Assembly: GCA_030606485.1 (NCBI GenBank)
Contig: JAUWGH010000001.1
Coordinates: 660,001-692,000, forward strand
Source of the DNA: Promethearchaeota archaeon
Lineage (GTDB): Archaea; Asgardarchaeota; Lokiarchaeia; Sigyniarchaeales; SOKP01
Direction of reading: 5' to 3'
Length of the DNA stretch: 32,000 nucleotides
Shown here: piece after piece, positions 16,324-24,417 of the stretch
Position numbering within the stretch: the stretch's first letter is position 1
Layout: the number at the start of each line of letters is the position of its first letter
The notes under the pieces: generated by a model
Databases searched by the model: none
The model's input: the letters and a program-made list of their open reading frames with translations, nothing else
Told to the model about the DNA's origin: nothing
Translations under genes and position numbers: made by a program

Positions 16324-19086
16324 CATGGGAGATGGTTCTTCTTCTTCCTCTTCTTCAGCTGTGATTAAATACAGAATACCATCACAAACTGGCGAAGTTT
16401 CTCCTACTGCATTTCGAAACTTAGCACAGATTGAATATTCCGTATTATTTAGGGATCCTTCTAGATATAACTGTTTTGCTGTAGCATAAGGTTCCCAATC
16501 AGTCCAAGCACCAGTAGTTCCATTTCTAAAGCACATTTCTACTGCTCCATCAGCCGAGAGCGTGAGATTCAATAAGGTAGAATTAGTACTGGCATCTCCA
16601 TTATTTATAATTATGGATGGATTCAATGGTATCGTCAAATATAATATGCTATCACAAACCGGTGTAGTTTCTCCTATTGCATTTCGAAATTTCACATAAA
16701 TTGAATATTGTGTGTTATTTATAGAACCTTCTAAATACAACTGTTTTGCTGTAGCATAAGGTTCCCAATCAGTCCAAGCACCAGTAGTTCCATTTCTAAA
16801 GCACATTTCTGTTGCTCCATACACTGAGAGCGTGAGATTCACCAAGGTAGAATTAGTACTGGCATCTCCATTATTTATAATTATGGATGGATTCAATGGA
16901 GGTATGAATACCAAATATAAAATGCTATCACCGACTGAGGAACTTTCTCCTATTTCATTTCGAAATTTCACATAAATTGAATATTGTGTGTTATTTATTA
17001 AATATTCTAAATATAACTGTTTTGTTGTACTATACGCCTCCCAACTGGTCCAATCACCGGTCGTTCCTTTTCTAAAGCACATTTCTACTGCTCCATCAGC
17101 CGAGAGCGTGAGATTCACAAAGTTAGAACCAAAACTGGCATCTCCATTATTTATAATTATGGATGGATTCAATGGAGGTGTGAATACCAAATATAAAATG
17201 CTATCACCGATTGGGGAAGTCTCTCCCATTGCATTTCGAAATTTCACATAAATTGAATATTCCGTATTGTTTATAGAGCCTTCTAAAACCAACTGTTTTG
17301 CTGTAGCATAAGGTTCCCAACTGGTCCAAGCACCGGTCGTTCCATTTCTAAAGCACATTTCTTCGGCTAAATCCGCCGAGAGCGTGAGAGTCACTAAGGC
17401 ATAATTAGTACAGGCATCTCCATTATTTATAATTATGGATAAATTCAATGGGATGGATATCAAATATAAAATGCTATCACCGATTGGGGAAGTCTCTCCT
17501 ATTGCATTTCGAAATTTCACATAAATTGAATATTCCGTATTGTTTATAGAGCCTTCTAAATACAACTGTTTTGCTGTAGCATAAGGTTCCCAACTGGTCC
17601 AAGCACCGGTCGTTCCATTTCTAAAGCACATTTCTTCGGCTAAATCCGCCGAGAGCGTGAGAGTCACTAAGGCAGAACCAGTACAGGCATCTCCATTATT
17701 TATAATTATGGAGGGAGGTGATATTAATTTTTTATAAAATATATCCTTATCCGTTCCTGAACCGCCATAATCCGTAGAATCATACCACGCAATGTGCACG
17801 TTTCCGGAACCGTCCGCTGCTATTGTTGGATATCTAGAATAACCAGTGCTTTCCGTGGAGACCACCTCGGTCGTGGTCCAGTTCGCCGTGGTCGCGTCCC
17901 AGTACTTATAAAATATATCCCTATCCATTCCCGAACCGCCATAATCCGTAGGATCATTCCACGCAATGTGCACGTTTCTGGAACCGTCCACTGCTATTGT
18001 TGGTTCCTCAGAATAACCAGTGCTTTCCGCGGAGACCACCTCGGTTGTGTTCCAGGCCGCCGTGGTCGCGTTCCAGTACTTATAAAATATATCCCAATCC
18101 GTTCCCGAACCGTTATAATTCGTATAATCATACCATGCAATGTGCACGTTTCCGGAATCGTCCACTGCTATTGTTGGACACCAAGAATCATCAGTGCTTT
18201 CCGTGGAGACCACCTCGGTTGTGGTCCAGGCCGCCGTGATCGCGTACCAGCGCTTATAAAATATATCAGCATCCGTTCCCGAACCGCTATAATCCGTCCA
18301 ATCCATCCATGTCAGGTGCAGGTTTCCGGAATCGTCCACTGCTATTGTTGGATAATAAGAATTATCAGCGCTTTCCGTGGAGACCACCTCGGTTGTGGTC
18401 CAGGCCGCCGTGTTTGCGTTCCAGCGCTTATAAAATATATCATCATCCGTTCCCGAACTGCCATAATCCGTCCGACCCTCCCACGCAATGTGCACGTTTC
18501 CGGAACCGTCCACTGCTATTGTTGGGTCATAAGAAAAATCAGTGCTTTCCGTGGAGACCACCTCGGTCGTGGTCCAGGCCGCCGTGGTCGTGTTCCAGCG
18601 CTTATAAAATATATCAAGATCCGTTCCCGAACCGTCATAATTCGTATAATCATACCATGCAATGTGAACGTTTCCGGAACCGTCCACTGCTATTGTTGGA
18701 TTATAAGATTTATCAGTGCTTTCCGTGGAGACCACCTCGGTTGTGGTCCAGGCCGCCGTGGTTGCGTTCCAGCGCTTATAAAATATATCAGCATCCGTTC
18801 CCGAACCGCCATAATTCGTAGAATCATACCACGCAATGTACACGTTTCCGGAATCGTCTACTGCTATTGTTTGACAAATAGAATCATGAATGCTTTCCGT
18901 GGAGACAACCTCGGTCGTGGTCCAATTCCAAGCAGAAATTTTTAATTCTTCTGAAAAGCTCTCTAAATCTTCGACAACATGATCCTTTAACAAATTGATG
19001 TTATTATAGAGATAAATAGCTGTGAAGCCACTAAAAAAAATGGTCAAAGAGATCAATAAAGCTAATTTAAATTTACTTCGTTTCAT
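16222..19086 (-). CDS. Large cell-surface glycoprotein: signal/TM, 7-blade beta-propeller, five Ig-like repeats, acidic linker, Loki-CTERM sorting signal
   Basis: 7x58-aa repeats, 5x ~90-aa repeats, many N-x-S/T sequons, E7 linker then IPGY-hydrophobic-basic tail; SD-like GGGAGT upstream. Confidence 0.92.
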   Translation of the reverse strand: MKRSKFKLALLISLTIFFSGFTAIYLYNNINLLKDHVVEDLESFSEELKISAWNWTTTEVVSTESIHDSICQTIAVDDSGNVYIAWYDSTNYGGSGTDADIFYKRWNATTAAWTTTEVVSTESTDKSYNPTIAVDGSGNVHIAWYDYTNYDGSGTDLDIFYKRWNTTTAAWTTTEVVSTESTDFSYDPTIAVDGSGNVHIAWEGRTDYGSSGTDDDIFYKRWNANTAAWTTTEVVSTESADNSYYPTIAVDDSGNLHLTWMDWTDYSGSGTDADIFYKRWYAITAAWTTTEVVSTESTDDSWCPTIAVDDSGNVHIAWYDYTNYNGSGTDWDIFYKYWNATTAAWNTTEVVSAESTGYSEEPTIAVDGSRNVHIAWNDPTDYGGSGMDRDIFYKYWDATTANWTTTEVVSTESTGYSRYPTIAADGSGNVHIAWYDSTDYGGSGTDKDIFYKKLISPPSIIINNGDACTGSALVTLTLSADLAEEMCFRNGTTGAWTSWEPYATAKQLYLEGSINNTEYSIYVKFRNAIGETSPIGDSILYLISIPLNLSIIINNGDACTNYALVTLTLSADLAEEMCFRNGTTGAWTSWEPYATAKQLVLEGSINNTEYSIYVKFRNAMGETSPIGDSILYLVFTPPLNPSIIINNGDASFGSNFVNLTLSADGAVEMCFRKGTTGDWTSWEAYSTTKQLYLEYLINNTQYSIYVKFRNEIGESSSVGDSILYLVFIPPLNPSIIINNGDASTNSTLVNLTLSVYGATEMCFRNGTTGAWTDWEPYATAKQLYLEGSINNTQYSIYVKFRNAIGETTPVCDSILYLTIPLNPSIIINNGDASTNSTLLNLTLSADGAVEMCFRNGTTGAWTDWEPYATAKQLYLEGSLNNTEYSICAKFRNAVGETSPVCDGILYLITAEEEEEEEPSPMIPGYPDGWIIISLLAGIGVIAILNKSKRIKLRN
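16360..17712 (-). repeat. Five tandem ~270-bp Ig-like repeats
   Basis: SIIINNGDA...LTLS...EMCFRNGTTGAWT.WEPYATAKQLYLEG..NNT.YSIYVKFRN..GE repeated five times, with near-identical DNA. Confidence 0.95.
17731..18924 (-). repeat. Seven tandem 174-bp (58-aa) beta-propeller blade repeats
   Basis: WTTTEVVSTES..S..PTIAVD.SGNVHIAW.D.T.Y.GSGTD.DIFYK.W repeated seven times with no indels. Confidence 0.97.
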
Positions 19087-19264
19087 GGATTATTACTCCC
19101 ATAAAAAATTTTCATTGTGTCTTTAAATATATCCTTTTTTTTCATTTATATATTTTTGTCAAATTAACATTGTGTTTATTTTTAATTTACTTCTCTATTA
19201 TCCACAAATTTTTGTTTTTTGCTCATTTTTTATTTATTTGATAAAAATGAGATGTTTTTTCCTC

Positions 19265-19288
19265 TAATTTGATAAATTTCTCAAATTA
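19265..19288. promoter_or_regulatory. 24-bp near-perfect palindrome, possible operator
   Basis: TAATTTGATAAATTTCTCAAATTA, 11 of 12 pairs complementary, about 180 bp upstream of the surface-protein start; the AT-rich context lowers significance. Confidence 0.3.
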
Positions 19289-19693
19289 TATTATCTGATT
19301 ATGAAATTATTAGTAAAATACAGATCAATTTAAGTTTCATATTATACAAAGATAAAATTTAATTTATCTAGAAATTTGTGGAATATGCGTGGATATCATC
19401 AAGTTTAGACGATTATCAAAGTATAAGTGATATAATATATTTTTCTCAGAAATATAAATAAGGGCTGAGGGTTTGAGTTAAATTCAAAGGAACTTATCTC
19501 GTTTCAAATTTTCTTTATCTTTTAAAAGTATGCTAGAAATTTTTTTAGTTCTATTTTGAAATTTCAGCGTGCGTTAATAAAATTTATTAGGAAATTTAAA
19601 TTTCCAATACAAGGGATTAAAACTTTTTGCTGTTCTGCGAAATTATTTAATGCGTTATAAATAATTATTATACTTCTTAATTTTGGGATAATC

Positions 19694-20923
19694 TTATCGT
19701 TTTTTACTTTTCTGCAATATTTCCATAAAGCTTTCTAATTTATTTTTGAGTTGTTCTTCATTCATTTTTCTTGGATCGTTCATATCCGATTCAATAACAA
19801 GGGATGGAATACCTTCTTCTTCCATAAGCCGTTGTTTAAGATCATACAGTCCACATGAATTGGGTCGACAGGAAAGATTGTTGTGCAATATTAATCCATC
19901 AATCTTCCACTCCTTTATCACTCTTTTGAACTCCCTCACTCTTGTTTCAAGATCGTATATATACCAGAAAGACAACATAATTTTTGCCATAGCTTTGATT
20001 GGATTATTGATTATATACTCCTTGCTCATTGATGGATCTAAGAATTTCCCAAAAGAATAAGTATAAGGTTCAAATACAATAATTGCTCCCCATTGTTCCA
20101 AGATACCAAAAAATTTTAAATTATACCAGAATGGGATTCCTGAAAAAAGTAGCCGGAATTGTTCGTTCTCTAAGGCCCCGATACCATTATCTACTCTTTC
20201 TTGAGTCTCTTGATACATTTTTTTAAATACTCTAATTGGCTCTTTTAATCCGGGCATAGTAAAAAGTGGAAATATACCACCGAAAGTATCTTTGGTTGAT
20301 ACTGGGCAAGGTATTGTTTTTCTTAATTCAAAAATTTTAATCCAGTATTCACTTAACTCGTAGGAATTAGTAATAACCTCTCTTGATTTTTCTTCATTAT
20401 ATTCTTTTTTAGTTATTTCTGAGATCCAATCCATTAATTCAAGCATCTGTTCTTCTACATATGACTGATAATACTCCTTTTGTTTATTCGTAGTATTGCT
20501 AGTGACATGAGGGACATCAATTATATATAGTGGAACTTTATATCTTTGAGATTGGACTTGAAACCACTTTACATGAGTATCACATATTACATCTGCTGCA
20601 ACCATAAATGTTGGTGGTTTTATTCCACCTAAATCTATAGGTGCATTATTTAACATGGCTCCAACATTAGTTTTAAAATAGGAACATAAATCATAAGAAA
20701 AACCCAAATCTTCAGCAGATTCAATATATTTTTTTGAAACTTTCTGGGCGGCGGAAATAGTAGCTGCATTTTCAGGTAAAATTGGTTGAACGTCAAAAGT
20801 ATAAAGCATCTCGACAGAAGTCCCACTAGTAGCCCATGCCGTAGGGGTTCCATCTCGATAGGCTTGTTCTATAGCTAAATAATGGCGTCCCATTAAATTT
20901 TTAACTTTTAAAGATGAATTCAA
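19694..20923 (-). CDS. 2-hydroxyacyl-CoA dehydratase / class I benzoyl-CoA reductase-like Fe-S subunit (HgdA/BcrB/BzdO-like)
   Basis: PENAA, DLCSY, ICDTHVKWF, LSCRP and IESDMND motifs with three conserved Cys. Confidence 0.88.
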   Translation of the reverse strand: MNSSLKVKNLMGRHYLAIEQAYRDGTPTAWATSGTSVEMLYTFDVQPILPENAATISAAQKVSKKYIESAEDLGFSYDLCSYFKTNVGAMLNNAPIDLGGIKPPTFMVAADVICDTHVKWFQVQSQRYKVPLYIIDVPHVTSNTTNKQKEYYQSYVEEQMLELMDWISEITKKEYNEEKSREVITNSYELSEYWIKIFELRKTIPCPVSTKDTFGGIFPLFTMPGLKEPIRVFKKMYQETQERVDNGIGALENEQFRLLFSGIPFWYNLKFFGILEQWGAIIVFEPYTYSFGKFLDPSMSKEYIINNPIKAMAKIMLSFWYIYDLETRVREFKRVIKEWKIDGLILHNNLSCRPNSCGLYDLKQRLMEEEGIPSLVIESDMNDPRKMNEEQLKNKLESFMEILQKSKKR

Positions 20924-20949
20924 TATTTTACTTTTGGGTTTTTGTGCTG

Positions 20950-22011
20950 TTATTTTTTAACACCTCCTAATATTTCTTTAAAAGCTTCGAATTTCGTCGT
21001 GAGTTGGTTATACGAGTCTCTCTTGTATTCTTTTTCTAAAAAAATAAAAGGCATTCCCATTTCTTTAAATGAATCTCTAAAAAAGGGATATTCATAAAGT
21101 AAAGGCTCACAAAACTTTTGAACCAAACATATTACTCCCTGAACTTGATACTTTTTAGCAAGACCTTTAATAAAATCGAACCTCCCCGATGAAGGATGTT
21201 CGGTGGAATAGGGTGGTTTTGATAAATGAAAGTTCGCAATATCTTTTATGGGGTCTCCAGTTATTTCTATTTTATTATGAAAATATCTTGTACCAATGCA
21301 TAAATCGTCAGTAATAATTTCAAAACCTAAGCTTTCTAGATATTTAAGTATTTCTGTATCATCTAAAATAGAGCCGGTTAATAAAATCCTTTTTTTACTA
21401 CCATCAACGTAGGGTAAAGGTTCTTTGATTTCCAACTTTTTTAATTTTTCTTTTAAGTTGTGTAAAACATCCTTTTTATCCGATTTATATGCATTTTTAA
21501 TAATTGCATGAAATTCTGATCCTAACAATAAACCTTTATTTCTATATTCAGAAATCTTTTTTAATAACTTACGAATTTCATTCGTTAAATTTATTGCTTC
21601 ATAAAGTTTTTTATCAGTTATTTCAACTCCAAAATGTTCTTCTAGTTGAAATTTTAATTCTTTTAAGTCATTAATGAAAAATTTTAAAGATAATTTATCT
21701 CGCTTCAATGGTGCATTTAAATAATAATAAAAATCATAGGAAACATGCTCAAACCATATATCATATTCGCGATTTGAACAATCACATGCGTGAGTTATAA
21801 TAATTCCTTTTATTTCTTTATCCAATCCATTTAACCCTCTCTGAAGGCAATTTCTTGCCCAGAAACAATGATTTGGGGGCACGAATTTATTAGCATCCAT
21901 TAGATCAATTGTCGGATCCCCAAAAATTCTATATGGGATTAAATTCGCTGCCATAATTAATTCTTCTGGAGTATTAAAACTTGGATCAATATAACCTATT
22001 TTGTAAGCCAT
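20950..22011 (-). CDS. 2-hydroxyacyl-CoA dehydratase / BCR-like Fe-S subunit (HgdB/BcrC/BzdN-like)
   Basis: TPEELIMAA, HCFWARNC, HACDC, DDLCIG.RYF, QKFCEP and LTTKFEAF motifs. Confidence 0.88.
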   Translation of the reverse strand: MAYKIGYIDPSFNTPEELIMAANLIPYRIFGDPTIDLMDANKFVPPNHCFWARNCLQRGLNGLDKEIKGIIITHACDCSNREYDIWFEHVSYDFYYYLNAPLKRDKLSLKFFINDLKELKFQLEEHFGVEITDKKLYEAINLTNEIRKLLKKISEYRNKGLLLGSEFHAIIKNAYKSDKKDVLHNLKEKLKKLEIKEPLPYVDGSKKRILLTGSILDDTEILKYLESLGFEIITDDLCIGTRYFHNKIEITGDPIKDIANFHLSKPPYSTEHPSSGRFDFIKGLAKKYQVQGVICLVQKFCEPLLYEYPFFRDSFKEMGMPFIFLEKEYKRDSYNQLTTKFEAFKEILGGVKK

Positions 22012-22038
22012 TTTGTTTTAAATCCATAAATTATTATT

Positions 22039-22065
22039 TAATTTAACCAAGGTTTAGTTAAATTA
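22039..22065. promoter_or_regulatory. Inverted repeat, putative operator for the dehydratase/BCR-like operon
   Basis: TAATTTAAC-N9-GTTAAATTA, perfect 9-bp arms, 28 bp upstream of the 22011 start in a divergent intergenic region. Confidence 0.45.
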
Positions 22066-22197
22066 TGTGATTAAATATTATAAGCTTTTTATTAATCACG
22101 AGAATATTCGCTTGAAATCAACACTTAAAATAAAAAAATATTTAAGTTTTAAAACAAAATACAACTTATAATCTAATCAAATTCAGTCGAAGATATT

Positions 22198-22524
22198 TTG
22201 GACCACGTACAGAATATTCATAATTATTTAGAAAAAGCGACGCATCAGCCAAGTGTAAGGATAAAAATTAAAATCTGGAACACTTACATAGTTGGAAAGA
22301 TAATTGAATTTGATAATCATTTGAATCTTTTATTATCTGATGCAAGAGAAATTTATTTGGGACCAGGGGGACATCGAGAAAAAGAACTTGGAAATATTAT
22401 GATACGTGGTGCAAGCATTATACTAATTGGACAAAAATATGAAACCATAAATCTAAGTGAAGAAAAGATTTCCCAATTGATGGTAGATGAAGATATAAGT
22501 GACAATGGAGGAGCGGAAGATTAA
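22198..22524 (+). CDS. Sm-like (Lsm/SmAP) RNA-binding protein with acidic C-terminal tail
   Basis: Sm1 GKIIEFDNHLNLLLSDA and Sm2 GNIMIRG motifs; directly upstream of rpl37e, the conserved archaeal arrangement. Confidence 0.9.
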   Translation: MDHVQNIHNYLEKATHQPSVRIKIKIWNTYIVGKIIEFDNHLNLLLSDAREIYLGPGGHREKELGNIMIRGASIILIGQKYETINLSEEKISQLMVDEDISDNGGAED

Positions 22525-22530
22525 ATTAAA

Positions 22531-22538
22531 AGGAGTGA
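22531..22538 (+). promoter_or_regulatory. Shine-Dalgarno-like site of rpl37e
   Basis: AGGAGTGA ending 7 nt before the ATG at 22546. Confidence 0.55.
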
Positions 22539-22545
22539 ATAAATA

Positions 22546-22746
22546 ATGACAAAAGGAACACCAAGTTTTGGAAAACATAACAAAAGAGCCAGCCACAGAA
22601 TATGCCGTAGATGTGGAAATAGATCTTATCATAGACAGAAAAAAGTTTGTGCAAGTTGTGGCTTCGGAGCGAGCGCTAAATTAAGAAAATTTAATTGGAG
22701 CCGTCACGTAAGAGCTTTTAACGACCAAAAGGCATATCATAAGTGA
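22546..22746 (+). CDS. rpl37e: 50S ribosomal protein L37e
   Basis: [10 protein letters not shown]...CRRCG..SYH..K..CASCGFG.S.K.R..NW signature. Confidence 0.98.
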   Translation: MTKGTPSFGKHNKRASHRICRRCGNRSYHRQKKVCASCGFGASAKLRKFNWSRHVRAFNDQKAYHK

Positions 22747-22811
22747 TTTATTAACTAATTTTTTATTATATTAGACTTTTTATGTTTTATTAAATTCATA
22801 GTGAATATATT

Positions 22812-23345
22812 ATGATAATTGAGAGTCCTCATAGTGGAAAAAAGCCAATTATTCATGAATCGGTATTCATCGCCCCAACTGCAGTAATTATAGGTGATGT
22901 TGAGATTGGAGAGGGATCAAATATATGGTTTGGCGTAGTGTTGCGTGGAGATTGGGGTAGAATTCGAATAGGAAAATTTACTTCAATTCAAGAGAATGTA
23001 ACTGTTCATACCGAAGTCGATAAAGAAGCAATAATTGGAGATAATTGTATTGTTGGACATCATGCGATGATTCATGGACCGTGTGTTATTGAAAATGGAT
23101 GTTTAATAGGAATAGGTTCTAATGTCCTTAATAATTCAAAATTAGGCGAGGGTTGTTTATTAGCTGGTGGGGCGGTTTTAACAAATAAGGAAATACCTCC
23201 AAGAAAATTAGTTGTTGGTATACCTGCTGAGATTAAAAAAGATTTAAAAAGTACTGGAAAGGCATTGGGAGTAATTAATTCAATGGGTTATTATAGAAAC
23301 GGTCAGGAATTCAAAAAATTATTTGAAAAGTTAAGTAAGAAATAA
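22812..23345 (+). CDS. Gamma-carbonic anhydrase family hexapeptide-repeat protein
   Basis: FIAPTAVIIGDVEIG, IWFGVVLRGD, IQEN..VH, VGHHAMIHG. Confidence 0.93.
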   Translation: MIIESPHSGKKPIIHESVFIAPTAVIIGDVEIGEGSNIWFGVVLRGDWGRIRIGKFTSIQENVTVHTEVDKEAIIGDNCIVGHHAMIHGPCVIENGCLIGIGSNVLNNSKLGEGCLLAGGAVLTNKEIPPRKLVVGIPAEIKKDLKSTGKALGVINSMGYYRNGQEFKKLFEKLSKK

Positions 23346-23378
23346 TTATAATATTGAATTAACATAAGTTGAAATTTT

Positions 23379-24260
23379 ATGTTATTAAAAGGAAAAAATA
23401 TCGTTATAACAGGTTCAGGGCGGGGTATTGGAAAGGAAGTTGCATTGGCTTGTGCAAGGGAAGGAGCCAATATGGGATTGACATCAAGAACTAGAGAAGA
23501 ATTAGACAATACGAAAAAAGAAATAGAAGATTTAGGAACTGGAGTAAAGGTTGTTATAGTGACTGGGGATATTTCAAAATATGAAGATACTGAGAATATT
23601 TTTAAAAACTTACATAATGAACTTGGTCCATTAGATGGCGTTATTGCAAATGCAGGATATTCGCGTAGAGGTTCTTCAGATACATTTGAAATTATGAAAT
23701 TTCGGCAAATTCTTGATGTAAATATTCTTGGCGTCTATTTTACATTTAGAGCTGCCTTACCACATTTAAGAAAGGATGATAAAAAAAACAAAGCTAGGTT
23801 TATTGTGACTGGGAGTGGTGCTTATCAAACAATAATGCCCTTGTTTGCATCTTATACCGCTAGTAAATGGGGTGTAGTCGGTTTAGTTAAAGCGTTAGCA
23901 GCGGAATATAAAAAAGAGAACATCACCTTTAATATAATATTACCAACAATGGTAGATACACGATTGTTACGTGGAAGAAAAGCGGGGGATGGAAAAAAAG
24001 ATGATTTTATAATGAATCCTTGGGATTTAAATGAATATTATCTGTTTTTGTTATCAGATGAAGCGAATAGAATAAATGATGAAATGATTTATACTCAAGA
24101 TTTTCAACAAGTAAAAAAAATTATAAATGAAGCCCCAACCGATAAAAAGGAAAATTGGGAAATATTTCAAGAATATTTAGAGGAAAAGAATCCTAAACTA
24201 TTTAATTCTGTAAAAAAATTAAGAAAATTTATTGAATTTCTTTTATTGCGAAGAAAATAA
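23379..24260 (+). CDS. Short-chain dehydrogenase/reductase (SDR)
   Basis: TGSGRGIG, NAG and YTASK catalytic motifs. Confidence 0.93.
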   Translation: MLLKGKNIVITGSGRGIGKEVALACAREGANMGLTSRTREELDNTKKEIEDLGTGVKVVIVTGDISKYEDTENIFKNLHNELGPLDGVIANAGYSRRGSSDTFEIMKFRQILDVNILGVYFTFRAALPHLRKDDKKNKARFIVTGSGAYQTIMPLFASYTASKWGVVGLVKALAAEYKKENITFNIILPTMVDTRLLRGRKAGDGKKDDFIMNPWDLNEYYLFLLSDEANRINDEMIYTQDFQQVKKIINEAPTDKKENWEIFQEYLEEKNPKLFNSVKKLRKFIEFLLLRRK

Positions 24261-24273
24261 GTTTTTATTTCTG

Positions 24274-24285
24274 TTTTTTTTTTTT
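24274..24285 (+). terminator. Putative oligo(T) terminator (T12)
   Basis: T12 run 14 nt after the SDR stop, at the end of the co-directional Lsm-to-SDR gene run. Confidence 0.45.
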
Positions 24286-24417
24286 CAATTTATTATTTAT
24301 TAACATAGAGATTTTATACAATCTAGACTTTAAATGTGCTAAAGATTGGTCTAAAAATATTTTATTATATAGCGAAATCTTATTTTTTTTAACAATTATT
24401 AGGAGTTTTAAAAAAAA

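Noticed and set aside
12885-18924. Diversity-generating retroelement as the cause of the variable codons
   Set aside because: No reverse transcriptase or adenine-rich template repeat in the window; many variable codons are NNT but several end in G or A, and variation is spread over internal repeats rather than a C-terminal VR. Cannot be excluded in trans.
17794-18945. 383-aa and other + strand ORFs opposite the propeller (also 17997..18239, 18309..18821)
   Set aside because: Antisense/alternate-frame shadows: a stop-free GC-rich repeat unit stays open in every copy; composition (Cys/Arg/His-rich) is not protein-like.
19198-19206. Perfect bacterial DnaA box TTATCCACA
   Set aside because: Single copy in an archaeal genome with no dnaA, orc1/cdc6 or ORB elements nearby; expected by chance.
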